From: Octopus vulgaris
Lineage: Eukaryota
DNA: 64,000 bases
NCBI GenBank assembly: GCA_951406725.2
Contig: OX597823.1
Span: 14,198,001-14,262,000 of the forward strand
Direction: 5' to 3'
A program made the position numbers and the translations under genes. Each line of letters opens with the position of its first letter. Positions within the stretch are counted from its first letter, which is position 1. Below, one piece after another: positions 12,715 through 24,634 of this stretch. The notes below the pieces were generated by a model. That model was not told where the DNA came from. It ran no database searches and saw nothing but the letters and a program-made list of their open reading frames with translations.

Positions 12715-12981
12715 AAATGTACAGTATTATACATCCATTACAGTTGATCTTACCAATCAGTTTTGTGCAAAGCATACAATGGAGTGTTAGGTAACAATCT
12801 AATTACGCTCTCAGAGTTAGCTGATACGGAAGGGAATATGGTGCCATACTCCCTTCCATATCAGCTAACTCTGAGGAGCATAAGGTTATAGAATCAGATT
12901 GTTACCTAACACTCCATTGTATTCTTTGCACGAAACCAATTGATAAGATCAGCTGCAATGAATACATAATACTGTACATTT
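12715..12981. repeat. Imperfect long hairpin (~125-140 bp arms)
   Basis: AAATGTACAGTATTAT ... GGAATATGG-TG-CCATACTCC ... ATAATACTGTACATTT, with an indel between the arms. Followed by (TA)n. Confidence 0.85.
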
Positions 12982-12984
12982 CAC

Positions 12985-13021
<37 letters not shown>

Positions 13022-13649
13022 TATTATATACTGTTATTTAATAATATACGCTATAGTTTATGTTGTGTTTCTCACTGCATCAGAAATTGGGCTCTCCTTT
13101 CAGGAGGGCCGGTGAAGATTGACAAGGGGGCAGACAAATTACCATGGTTTCTAGCACCATGGCAAAAAAAAAAAAAGAAACTTTTGTCTTCTCTTTAGGA
13201 ATTGGCAAAGGAGCAACAGATTTGGGAAATCACTTACTGAAGCATTGCTCAAAATGTCTTGTGGTATTTGCTCCAGATCTTTACATTGTGAGATAAAATT
13301 CCAGTGAGGTAATCTTTGCCTCTCATTTTTCCAGGGTCAATAAATAATAATTACTAGTCAGATATTGGGGTCAAATACAATCGACTGCACCCCCTCCTGC
13401 ACATTCTAGGTCTTGTGCCCATGTAAGAAATCATTAATAAAGAGAGGGAAATGGAGGGAAAATGTCCATTGTTAATGGGAGAGTTGTCAGTTTGAGAAAC
13501 ACTGATTGAATTTGTATTTTTTTTTTCAGAAGGGGGTCAATGGCGAAATATATGGAGCCGAGGGAGCAAATGACTGAGCAAGGGTTGAGAATTAATGGAT
13601 TAAAGTGTTTTCAACGGAAATGATTTGTTGAAATACTGGTTCCAGTTTG

Positions 13650-15090
13650 TCTGTGAGAAGAGCGACACATCAGCGAGAGGGGAAACTAAAACAATGAAAG
13701 AGAAGCGGAATGATTTGAAGGACGATCGAAAGGAAACAAGATAGAAAAGATGAGAGAGAGACGGAGATTCAATTAATTGTAAGGGGAGAAGCAAAAAAAA
13801 AAAGGACAAACAGTAAGAAATAAGAAGGAAAGAAAGAAAAAACGAACGAGAAAACAAATTGAAAATTACATATGAATCTTAGAAAGGGAATGCGAAGGAG
13901 TGTTGTGACATGGAAGAGAAAAGAAAAAGGGTGAGAGACAGCGAACAAGAATCAATGGTGAATGGTAAAGAATGATAGAATGAAGAGGAGAGAGAAAAGG
14001 AAATATATCGGGATATGAATGAAGGTGAGAAGTGAAGAGACTAAATGAAAGTGGGGAAATAAAGAGAATAGCAAAGGAGAAGAGTTAAAGATGTATGAAA
14101 GAGGGAGAGAGAGAGAGAGAGGGGTACAAAATGAAAGGAGGGAGAAAGATAGAAAGAAGGATACGTTAAAGGACAAACGAAATACAGAACATGTAGATAA
14201 GAAAATATGGATTGAAAGGAGAAATGAGAAAATGACGTGAAAGAGAGAAAAACCGTTAGGAAGATGGGAATGAACGACAGAGAGGTGACGATACAAGAGA
14301 GCAATCAAGAGAACAGACAGACAGACAGGCAGAAAGAGAGACAATCAGATACACAGACAGACAGACAGATACACAGACAGACGGATAGATAGACAGATAG
14401 ACAGATAGATGGATGGATGGATAGATAGACAGATAAGTTTCTTTATTGGCCACACAGGGCTGCACACAGATGGGACAAGTTACAAGGTAGAGCATTTCTT
14501 TTGGGGGATGAAAAAAAAAAAAGAAAAAGGTTGCGTAGGTTTTCGATCAAAAGGGATCGTAAAAGGTGAAAAGAAAAGGAAAAGAAAAGATAGACAGATA
14601 GATAGACAGACAGATGGACGGATAGAATGATAGATAGACAGATAGACAGATAGATAGACAGATAGATAGACAGACAGATGGATGGATAGAATGATAGATA
14701 GACAGATAGATAGACAGATAGATAGATAGATAGACAGATAGATAGACAGATAGACAGATAGATAGATAGACAGATAGATAGATAGACAGATAGACAGACA
14801 GATAGAGAGATAGACAGACAGATAGACAGATAGAGAGATAGACAGACAGATAGGTGTGAAGGACAGACAGAAAGAGAGAAGAAAAAAGAGGAAGTGATAC
14901 AAAACTGAAAGCTAGAAATGGGGAGGATTGGGGGGAGGGTGTGAAAATGAGAGAGAGAGAGAAAAAAGAGGGTTCAGGAAATAAGAGAGGAATAATAAAA
15001 GAAAGAAGGGGAGAGGGGTAGACGATGGAGAGAAAGAGAGAGAGAGAGGAAGAGAATTAGACGGAAAGCTAAAAAGGAAATAAGAGTGTA
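13650..15090. repeat. Purine-rich low complexity and (GATA/GACA)n microsatellite block
   Basis: Direct inspection. Confidence 0.9.
14424..14585 (-). mobile_element. 3' end of a non-LTR element embedded in (GATA/GACA)n
   Basis: Homologous to 55670-55800. The minus strand ends ...GGCCAATAAAGAAAC-TTATCT into the microsatellite. Confidence 0.6.
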
Positions 15091-15505
15091 TTAGAGTACA
15101 GCTGCTGCCAGCAGACAGCTGAGGAGGAGAAGAATTCCCGCTCCACCATATAACAACATCACTGTTGCTAGGTTTGAGTAAATCTGGCGCGCGGACTTCT
15201 GATAATGGTACTGCTGATGGTGGTGGTGGTGGTGTAGTTAGATAGGGCAGTAGTAGATAGTGATGGTGGTGGTGGTGAAAGTGGTAGAGGTGGTTATAAT
15301 AGTGCTTAAAGTATAATAGTATAGTGATATAGTTGGTTTTTTTTTTTTGTTACTTAGGTCAAATTTTTTTTTTTCGATCACTCTTAAAATATAAAATATT
15401 CCATTCGTGACCATCCCGCGTATTCCGCTTTCAACAAAAAAAAAAGAAGAAGTTACGTAGGAAAACAATCTAATGTGTCTGCCTGTTTCTTGTTCAGCAC
15501 AGAGG

Positions 15506-15790
15506 AGTGAGGTCTGAGAAAGAATTACAGGCTGCTATTTCTAGCAGGTCGAGTGACCTCATAGACGCCCTACCTATTTCTTTATTACCCACAAGGGGCT
15601 AAACACAGAGGGGACAAACAAGGACAGACATAGGTATTAAGTCGATTACATCGACCCCAGTACTGGTACTTAAACCTCGCTACTGTGGTAGTGGTGGTGG
15701 ATGAGTGAGGTTTGAGAAAGAATTACAGGCTGCTGTTTCTAGCAGGTCGACTGACCTCATAGACGCCCTACTTCGCTGCTGTGGTGGTGG
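15506..15790 (+). repeat. Tandem duplication of an ~85-bp unit, the first copy carrying a SINE B fragment (15572-15672)
   Basis: GAGTGAGGTYTGAGAAAGAATTACAGGCTGCT...GACGCCCTAC occurs twice. Confidence 0.8.
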
Positions 15791-16032
15791 TTGATAGTGA
15801 TCGAGTTTTAATAGTTATAGGTGGGATGATGATAGTGGTGGTTGTGGGGGTAATACTAGTGAGGTGGCATTGGTGTTGAGATGGTATTACAGTGGCAAAC
15901 TGGGATTATAAAGTTACAAATAGTGATGCGGCGGTTTTGGTACATGCAGTGGTTGCAGTAGCTTCGACTCGAGTAGTCCTACAATCAAAGGCGTTCCAGC
16001 CACGACTGTACCGACTTGTATAAAATATATAT

Positions 16033-16253
16033 TTATTTCTTTACTACCCACAAGGGGCTAAACACAGAGGGGACAAACAAGGACAGACAAACGGATTAAG
16101 TAAGTCGAGTACATCGACCTCAGTGCGTAACTGGTACTTAATTTATCGACCCCGAAAGGATGAAAGGCAAAGTCGACCTCGGCGGAATTTGAACCCAGAA
16201 CGTAACGGCAGACGAAATACGGCTACGCATTTCGCCCGGCGTGCTAACCGCCT
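16033..16253 (-). mobile_element. SINE family B
   Basis: TSD-like CTTGTATAAAATATATAT on both sides. Confidence 0.85.
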
Positions 16254-17021
16254 TGTATAAAATATATATATATATATGTATTTAATATACATTGTATAAA
16301 ATATTGTATAAAATATATATTAAACCAGACAACACAGTATACTGGAATCACATAGCAAACTGAACCTTCGTTGTATAGGACGTGATCTGAAGACTTGGCA
16401 GCTATGTTTTAACAGGTCGAGCGAATACACAGAGGCATGCAGCTTCAGTTATGATGGTGGTGGTGGTGGTGGTGATGTTTTAGTGGTTATAGCAATACAG
16501 TTATTTACTAGTTGTAGTCACAGTGGTAAATATTTATCACTGTGGTAGTCGTCGTGAAACAGTAGTCGCCATGATGGTGGTGATAGTGTAGGCTGTAGTG
16601 ATAGCTCAGTGGGGCACTGCAAATGTAAGATATACTACCCAGGTCAATCCTGATCGAGCAGAATTGTGAGCTAAACTATCGCATTCGTGAACAACAGGGG
16701 TTTATCATTTTAGGGATGTATAGTCGTACAGTTTCTTATGAGTCCTCTCCTTATTATATTAAACGGAAGGAGTTAGTTCTAGGGAAATATGGCCGCTTTA
16801 TCTAGTAGGTCGAAAGAGAGAGAGACCACTTAGAGGTGGTCTTTGACTCGAGATAGCAATAGTAATAGTCGTAGGGGAGGAGGAGGTAGTATTTTGGAGG
16901 TGGTAATGGTAGATATAGAGATACTAATAGTGGTGGTGGGGGGTCGCTGATAGTAGACTGACTGTGTTGTCTGGTTTAATACCAACACTTGATCCTCAGC
17001 GGGTACTTTAATCAGAATACA

Positions 17022-17104
17022 GGCGAAGGTAAAGAATACGCAACCAGTATTTAGGGTTAGGGTTAGGCCGAAAACGGGTGGTATGCATATTCTTTACCTC
17101 CGCC
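17022..17104. mobile_element. 83-bp Merlin-like mini-MITE with a TTAGGG loop
   Basis: TIRs GGCGAAGGTAAAGAATACGCA / TGCATATTCTTTACCTCCGCC. Degenerate 8-bp TSD AGAATACA/CGAAGACA. (TTAGGG)~3 inside. Confidence 0.6.
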
Positions 17105-17244
17105 CGAAGACAACCCTGAAGCAAGCATTCGGACCAGGTCTCCGGTTTAGAAACACCGTCCTCTCTCCCACCTAAGGGCCCAGAATATGGTTGTAAACAC
17201 TACCTCCACCTCATGACAATAACTTTCTTAAAAACATTACCGGG

Positions 17245-17950
17245 TGTAGGCAAGGCTGTGGTAAGAAGTTTGCTTCCCAAGCACCGTTCCGTGGTCAGTC
17301 CCACTGAAGAACAAAATACGTTCAACCATAGCAGCAGGCTGACCAAAGCCTTGTGGATTTGATAGACGAGAACTGAAAGAACATGTCATGTGTGTGTTCT
17401 CCACTACTGATTGACAATTGGGAAAAGGTTTGATTACATGCCTGTAACTTAGCAGTTGGGCAAAGGAAACTGATAAATAAGAAATAAAAGTACTGGGATT
17501 GTTACATTCAACTCAGGCTGTGCCCCAGCATGGCCACTGTCTAATGACCAAAACAAGTAAATGTAAGTTCATAGGCGCAGGTGTGGCTGTGTGGTAAGTA
17601 GCTTGCTTCCCAACCACATGGTTCTGGGTTCAGTCCCACTGTGTGGCACCTTGTGGCAAGTGTCTGACCAAAGCCTTGTGAGTGGATTTGGTAGACGGAA
17701 ACTGAAAGAAGTCCATCGTGTATATATATGTGTATGTGTGTTTGTGTGTATATGTGTTTGTCCCCCCCAACAACATTTGACAATCAATGTTGGCGTGTTT
17801 ACGTCTCTGTAACTTAGCAGTTCAGGGGGGAAAAAAGAGATCGCCAGAATAAATAGTAGCTTACAAAGAATAAGCTCTGGGGGTCAATTTGCTCGACTAG
17901 AGGCGGTGCTCCAGCATGGCAGCAGTCAAATGACTAAAACAAATAAAAGA
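17245..17950 (+). mobile_element. Two adjacent SINE family A copies (old 17245-17565; younger 17573-17950)
   Basis: Collinear with the other family A copies. Confidence 0.75.
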
Positions 17951-18039
17951 TCAAAAGCATGAATGATAGTTGGACGATAGGAAATATTGGTCGTAACGTG
18001 ATGAAATGATGGATGGAATAATCTGAAGAGAAAAAAAAA

Positions 18040-18258
18040 ACTGGCACTTTATTGGTAACCATGGCGAGTGTTCCAGTTGATCCGACCAATGGAAAAGTCT
18101 GCGTGTGAAATTAACAAGCAAGTGGCTGAGTACTCCACAGATAAGCATGACCTTAATGTAGTTCTCGGGGAGTTTCAGCGTGACACAGAATGTAACACGG
18201 CTGGCCCTCTCAGTTACAGATACTACTCAATTTTTGCCAGCTGAGAGGACTGGAGCAG
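18040..18258 (-). mobile_element. SINE family D tail part; probable head at 18742-18838
   Basis: Tail shared with 5858-6156 and 56926-57317. Appears split by C and B insertions. Confidence 0.65.
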
Positions 18259-18403
18259 CACCAGCATCATCATCATCGTTCAATGTCCGCTTTCCATGCT
18301 GGCATGGGTCGGACGGTTTGAATGAAGACCAGCAAGCCAGTAGGCTGCACCAGACTCCTATCTGATCTGGCAAGGTTCCTACAGCTGGACGCCCTTCCTA
18401 ATG

Positions 18404-18626
18404 CCTATTTCTTTACTACCCACAAGGGGCTAAACACAGAGGGGACAAACAAGGACAGACACACGGATTAAGTCGATTACATCGACCCCAGTGCGTAACT
18501 GGTACTTAATTTATCGACCCCGAAAAGATGAAAGGCAAAGTCAACCTCGGCGGAATTTGAACTCAGAACCTAACGGCAGACGAAATACGGCTACGCATTT
18601 CGTCCGGCATGCTAATGTTTCTGCCA
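18404..18626 (-). mobile_element. SINE family B nested in a family C copy
   Basis: Splits ...CCTTCCTAATGCC / ACCCACTCCGAGAG... Confidence 0.85.
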
Positions 18627-18942
18627 CCCACTCCGAGAGTCTAGTGGGTGCTTTTTACGTGCCACCAGCATGGGGAGTGCCAGTCAAGCAGTACTGGCAT
18701 CGACCACGCTCAAATGATACTTTTTACATGCTGTGAAGTAAAGTATCTTGCTGAAGGACACAACATGCCACAGAGAATCAAACTCGCAACCTTACGATCA
18801 TAACCTGAATACGCTAACCACCTGGCTATAGTCTTCACAACCAGTGAAGTACTAGGGGCAATTGTGTCCTTCATACTTTTGGTAGACACAAATTTTTTAT
18901 ATGAAGTACTGCTACATGTAATGATGAAACCTGTGCAATTAA

Positions 18943-19411
18943 CCCTTTAGTGTTCACATTATTCTGCCAAAATTAATCCTTTTTTTATCCACGGCACGTA
19001 AAAAGCACCATCCATCCGTGGCCGTTTGCCAGCTCCATCTGGAACCTGTGCAGGTGGCACGTAAAAAGCACCCACTACACTCACGGAGTGGTTGGCGTTA
19101 GGAAGGGCATCCAGCCGTAGAAACACTGCCAGATCAGACTGGGCCTGGTGCAGCCTTCTGGCTTCACAGACCCCAGTTGAACCGTCCAACCCATGCTAGC
19201 ATGGAAAGCGGACGCTAAATGATGATGATGATGATGATGATTGATTTGAACTAATCATGCATTATGTTGTAGCTTTGAGATTTTGATGAGGTAACTGTTA
19301 ACTTTTAAAATGATATTGTAGGGTTAGTGTGAGAGACCAGATCTAGCCAGTTTGAACATAAAACGGGCAGAGTACTTTTGGCTGGATATGGCCGCTTTAA
19401 AAGCTAAAGGG
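18943..19411 (-). mobile_element. piggyBac-like MITE P1 interrupted by a family C retroposon
   Basis: TTAA-CCCTTTAG ... CTAAAGGG-TTAA, with an insert at 18992-19240. Confidence 0.85.
18992..19240 (+). mobile_element. Retroposon family C
   Basis: 5'-truncated, (GAT)n tail, inserted in a P1 MITE. Confidence 0.85.
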
Positions 19412-19737
19412 TTAAGAAAACTGTACAATCAATCATTTGGCCAATTGTCCAAGACTCAGGGTCATTATCACCATCATTATTTTAACATCTGCTTTTCCAT
19501 ACTTAGATGGCATTTGTCTAGGCAGATTTTCAATGGCTAGCAACTCTTCCTGTTATCATCCATCACTTGCTTCCAAGTGCTTACAAGCAGTTAACAGGAG
19601 CCAGCTAAATAGAAAAATGTACCCTTTTTTGAACTGGAACGTGTTATTTTATTGAAGCAAATGCCTAGGTAAACTGTGAAGAAGTAGAAAAGGAGTGAAA
19701 AAGAAATACCTTAACAAAATACTATGCATTAAATATA

Positions 19738-20139
19738 TAGGAGTGACCGTATAGTAAGTAGCTTGCTTGCCAACCACATGGTTCCGGGTTCATTCCCACT
19801 GCATGGCACCTTGGGTAAGTGTCTTCTACTATAGCCTCGGGCCGACCAAAGCCTTGTGAGAGGATTTGGTAGACAAAAACTGAAAGAAGCCCATCGTATA
19901 TACGTATGTATGTATGTGTGTGTGTGTGTGTGTGTGTATATCTTTGCATGTCTGTGTTTGTCCCCCCAACATCACTTGACAACCGATGGTAATGCATTTT
20001 CGTCCTCGTAACTTAGCGGTTCGGCAAAAGGGACCGATAGAATACGTACTAGGCTTACAAAGAATAAGTCCTGGAGTTGATTTGCTCAACTAAAGGCGGT
20101 GCTCCAGCATGGCCGCAGTCAAATGACTGAAACAAGAGT
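19738..20139 (+). mobile_element. SINE family A
   Basis: Collinear with the other family A copies. Confidence 0.85.
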
Positions 20140-20181
20140 ATATATATATATAGACAATGACGTCATCATCATCATCATCAT

Positions 20182-20395
20182 CAAGGCGATGAGCTGGCAG
20201 AATGGTTAGCATACCGGACAAAATGCTTAGCGGTATGTTGCCTGTCACTATATTCTGAGTTCAAATTCTGCCGAGGCTGGCTTTGCCTTTCCTCTCAGGG
20301 TCGATAGATTAAGTACCAGTTGAACACTGGGCCCAATATAATCAACCAATTCTCTCTCTCAAAATGGCTGCTCTTGTGGAAAAATTTGAAACCAC
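20182..20395 (+). mobile_element. SINE family B, older tail variant
   Basis: Same head and core; tail ...AAATTTGAAACCA plus (TTA)n. Similar copies at 20985-21195, 22178-22572, 22983-23198 and 13245-13435. Confidence 0.75.
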
Positions 20396-20427
<32 letters not shown>

Positions 20428-20429
<2 letters not shown>

Positions 20430-20968
20430 GAGTGAGAGAGCAGTTCATGCCATCAAAGTGACACTAGGGTAAAATATACGAAGCCCAATATACCCATCAT
20501 GACTACCCGTCTGATAAGGGTACACCAGGCACATGCATCACAACCATGTGTGCGCAACATGGTGATCTCATATCAAGATAAACAGCACATGACCTTGCAG
20601 GTGGGGCCCAGTTAGAATTTTCTTCTGGTCGAGTAGCCCATCCCACTCAAAAGGTCCCTGAATAAGGGTTGTTTAAGGATGTTGAACGAAACACTCATGT
20701 TTCCAGAGGTGAATTATTCAAACCCCAAAGAATCCCTCTCACAACACATGGCTATGATGCCCCCCCCACTACTTCTGCTCGTGATCAGAGATGCACATAT
20801 CGTCAGCCACAAAGGGACATGCTCAACTGGTTAAGGTCAAACAACTGACAAGCAAATCTGTGGTATTGAGCAGAATATTTGCTGTAGCCCATCTTTTATA
20901 CCAAGACAAAACAATGTACATGATAACACTTCCAATCAGTTAAGATCAGAACCCATGAGAGCCACTGA
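20428..20968 (-). mobile_element. Probable LINE 3' UTR fragment with a (TAA)n tail
   Basis: Complex block bounded by a long (TTA)n on the left and a short (TTA)n on the right. Family not identified. Confidence 0.35.
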
Positions 20969-21211
20969 TTATTATTATCATTATTAAGGCAATGAGATAT
21001 GGTTAGCATGCTGGATGAGATGCTTAGTGGTATTTCGCCTGTTGCTACGTTCTGAGTTCAAATTCCGTCGAGGTCAACTTGGCCTTTCATTCTCTCGGGG
21101 GTCGATAAAATAAGTACCAGTTGAGTACTGGGGTCAATGCAATCAACTTACCCCCTCATCCGAAATTGCTGGCCTTGTGTCAAAATTTGAAACCATTATT
21201 ATTATCATTAA

Positions 21212-21435
21212 CCCATTAGCATTTAAACCAGCCTTATCCAGTCAAAATATCACAATTGTTTGTTTTATGTTCAAACTGGCCAATTACACATTCTTACACC
21301 AACCCTATGATGTCATACTAAAAGTAAACAATCCCGTAACCTAAATCTGAAAGCTACGAGATAATGCATGATTAATTAAAAATAATGTGAATAAATAAGC
21401 ATTACAATTGACAAATTAATCTGAATGCTAAAGGC
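21212..21435 (+). mobile_element. piggyBac-like MITE family P1
   Basis: TTAA-CCCATTAGCATT ... AATGCTAAAGGC-TTAA. Confidence 0.75.
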
Positions 21436-21439
21436 TTAA

Positions 21440-21884
21440 CCCTTTCGTTACTGTATTTATTTTGAGATGCTCTGTGTTTCTTTCAATTACTTTAACCCTT
21501 TAGCATTTAAACCGGCCATATCCGGCCAAAAGTATTCTGCCTGTTTTATGTTCAAACTGGCCAGATCTGGTCTCTCACACCAACCCTACAATATCGTTTT
21601 AAAAATTAACAGCTACCTTATCAAAATCTCATAGCTACAAGATAATGCATGATTAGTTCAAAACAATGTGGATAAAAAAGCATTAGTTCTGGCAGAATAA
21701 TGTGAACACTAAAGGGTTAAATATAACAAAGAATTTAGTAAAATAACTTAGTTACCATTCAGCTAGTGTTTGGAACATAAATTGTGACTAAGGTTTGGTG
21801 GAAGATTTTAATTCAAAACATATGAAAACAAGACAGTTCTACACAGAGCCAGAGCCAGTTTCAGCCAGGTCAGTATTGAAAGGG
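21440..21884 (+). mobile_element. piggyBac-like MITE family P2 containing a nested P1
   Basis: TTAA-CCCTTTCG ... GAAAGGG-TTAA. Confidence 0.85.
21496..21716 (+). mobile_element. piggyBac-like MITE family P1 (nested)
   Basis: TTAA TSD at 21492-21495 and 21717-21720. TIR CCCTTTAG/CTAAAGGG. Confidence 0.9.
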
Positions 21885-21954
21885 TTAAGCAAGTGTTTGT
21901 AATATAAATTAACCTAAAATTTTGAAGGAAGGTTCTTAACTTAGATTACTTTAA

Positions 21955-22176
21955 TCCTTTCGTTATTGTATTTATTTTCAGTTGCTCTGTGTTTCTTTCA
22001 ATTACTTTAAAATATAACAAAGAATTTAGCAAAATAACTAAGTTATCATTCAGCTAGTATTAGGAACATAAATTGTGACTAAGGTTTGGTAGAAGATTTT
22101 AATTCAAAACATATGAAAACAAGACATTTGTACTACAGAACCAGAGCCGGTTTCAGCCAGGTCAGTATTGAAAGGG
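21955..22176 (+). mobile_element. piggyBac-like MITE family P2 (no insertion)
   Basis: Collinear with 21440-21884 minus the P1 insert. Confidence 0.8.
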
Positions 22177-22337
22177 CTAAGGTAGCAAGCTAGCAAAATC
22201 ATCAGCCTGATAGACAACATTCGTGAAGGTCAACTTTGCCCTCCATCCTTTCAGGGTCGATGAATTAAGTACCAGTTGAGCACTAGGGTCGATGTCCCCC
22301 AACCAAAGTTTCAGGCCTTGGGCCTATAATAGAAAGG

Positions 22338-22368
<31 letters not shown>

Positions 22369-22571
22369 GCCCTCCTGACAAAATGTTTAGTGACATTTCT
22401 TCTGGCTCTTTATGTTCGGAGTTCAAATTTAGCTGAGGTTGGCTTTGCCTTCAATCCTTTCAGGGTCAATGAAATAAGCACCAGTTGAGAACTGAGGGGG
22501 GAAGGGGGGGGGGGGTAATCGACTAGCACCCTCCCCCAGAAATTTCAGGCCTTGTGCCTATAGCTGGAAGG

Positions 22572-22602
<31 letters not shown>

Positions 22603-22966
22603 GGCGCAGTTGTGGCTGTGTGCTAAGAAGCTTGCTTCCCAACCACATGGTTCCGGGTTCAGTCCCACTGCATGGCACTTTCGGCAGGTGTCTTTTACTA
22701 AGGCCTTGGGCTGACCAAAGCTTTGATGGAAACTGAAAGGAGCTCGTTGTATATGGGTGTGTATGTGTGTGTGTGTTCTCCTGCCAACACTTGACAATGA
22801 ATGCTGGTGTATTTACATTCCTGTAACTTGGTGGTTCAGCAAAAGACACCAACAGAATAAGTACTGGGCTTACAAAGAGTAAGTCCTGGGGTCGATTTGT
22901 TTGACTAAAGGCGATGCTCCAGCTTGGCCGTAGTCAAATGACTGAAACAAATAAAAGAATAAAGGA
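22603..22966 (+). mobile_element. SINE family A
   Basis: Collinear with the other copies; inserted in (TTA)n. Confidence 0.85.
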
Positions 22967-23200
22967 ATAAATTATAATTATTAAGGTGGCAAGCTGGCAG
23001 AATCGCTAGCACACTAGACAAAATGCTTAGTGGTGTATCGCCTGTCACTATGTTCTGAGTTCAAATTCTGCTGAGGTCAACTTTGCCTTTCATCCTTTTG
23101 GGGTCAATAAATTAAGTACCAGTGAAATACTGGAGTTGGTGTATTCAACTAGCCCCCTCCTCCAAGATTTCAGGCCCTGTGCCTATATTGGAAAGGATGA

Positions 23201-23236
<36 letters not shown>

Positions 23237-23471
23237 CACTCATTATATTAATATATGAATGCCTGTTTTGTATGTATACCTATTTTGTGCATGTAGTTGT
23301 ACAGGTATGAACTAGTCCTTATTCAGAGCTGCTGCTCTTCCAGAAGAGACAGAGGACCCCTCATTACTCATGCATTCCATTTTTTGCATAGTTTCTATAA
23401 CCCTTAGTGGAAATACCACCAATATTCTAAGTTTTTTGTATTTTATATAGACATATATAAAAACATACATA

Positions 23472-23525
<54 letters not shown>

Positions 23526-23527
<2 letters not shown>

Positions 23528-23929
23528 TGTAGGAGTGGCTGTGTGGTAAGTAGCTTGCTCACCTACCACATTGTTCCGGGTTCAGTCCCACTGCGTGGCA
23601 TCTTGGGCAAGTGTCTTCTACTATAGCCTCGGGCCGACCAAAGCCTTGTGAGTGGATTTGGTAGATGGAAACTGAAAGAAGCCCGTCATATATATGTATA
23701 TATAAATATGTGTGTGTCTGTGTGTCTGTGTTTGTCCCCCCCAAAATCGCTTGACAACCGATGCTGGTGTGTTTACGTCCTCGTAACTTAGCGCTTCGGC
23801 AAAAGAGAACGATAGAATAAGTACTAGGCTTACAAAGAATAAGTCCCGGGGTCGATTTGCCCGACTAAAAGGCGGTGCTCCAGCATGGCCGCAGTCAAAT
23901 GACTGAAACAAGTAAAAGAGTAAAAGAGA

Positions 23930-23930
<1 letters not shown>
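23526..23930 (+). mobile_element. SINE family A
   Basis: Full length, between (TA)n tracts. Confidence 0.85.
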
Positions 23931-23985
<55 letters not shown>

Positions 23986-24230
23986 GTGCACGCAAATGTG
24001 TGTGCATTTATGTCTGTGTTCAAGTCAGTCTAATACCTAGTGTTTATTTTGGCCCTTTGCATTCAGTAACTTACAAGTTTAGTAAATGGAAATCAATAAT
24101 AATGAATAATATAACTACTAGTCTAAAATTAGGACTGACTGATGCAGTCAACTAAACTCTTGAAGGTAGTGCCCTGGCATGGCTGCAGCCTAAAGACTGG
24201 GACTCAAAACTGATTAAACAAAACTATATA

Positions 24231-24634
24231 GGCGCAGAAGTGGATAGGCGCAGGAGTGGCTGTGTGGTGAAGTAGCTTGCTTACCAACCACATGGTTCCA
24301 GGTTCAGTCCCACTGCGTGGTATCTTGGGCAAGTGTCTTCTGCTATAGCCTCGGGTCAACCAATGCCTTGTGAGTAGATTTGGTAGACGGAAACTGAAAG
24401 AAGCCTGTCGTATATATATGTATATGTATGTGTGTCTGTGTTTGTCCCCCCACCATTGCTTGACAACCAATGCTGGTGTGTTTACGTCCCCGTCACTTAG
24501 CGGTTCGGCAAAAAGAGACCGATAGAATAAGTACTGGGCTTACAAAGAATAAGTCCCGGGGTCGATTTGCTCGACTAAAGGTGGCCGCAGTCAAATGACT
24601 GAAACAAGTAAAAGAGTAAAAAGAGAGTAAAGAG
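24231..24634 (+). mobile_element. SINE family A with the first ~15 nt duplicated
   Basis: GGCGCAGAAGTGGATA-GGCGCAGGAGTGGC head. Confidence 0.85.

Noticed and set aside
17051-17067. Telomere or chromosome fusion scar
   Set aside because: Only about three TTAGGG units, and they lie inside a TIR element.
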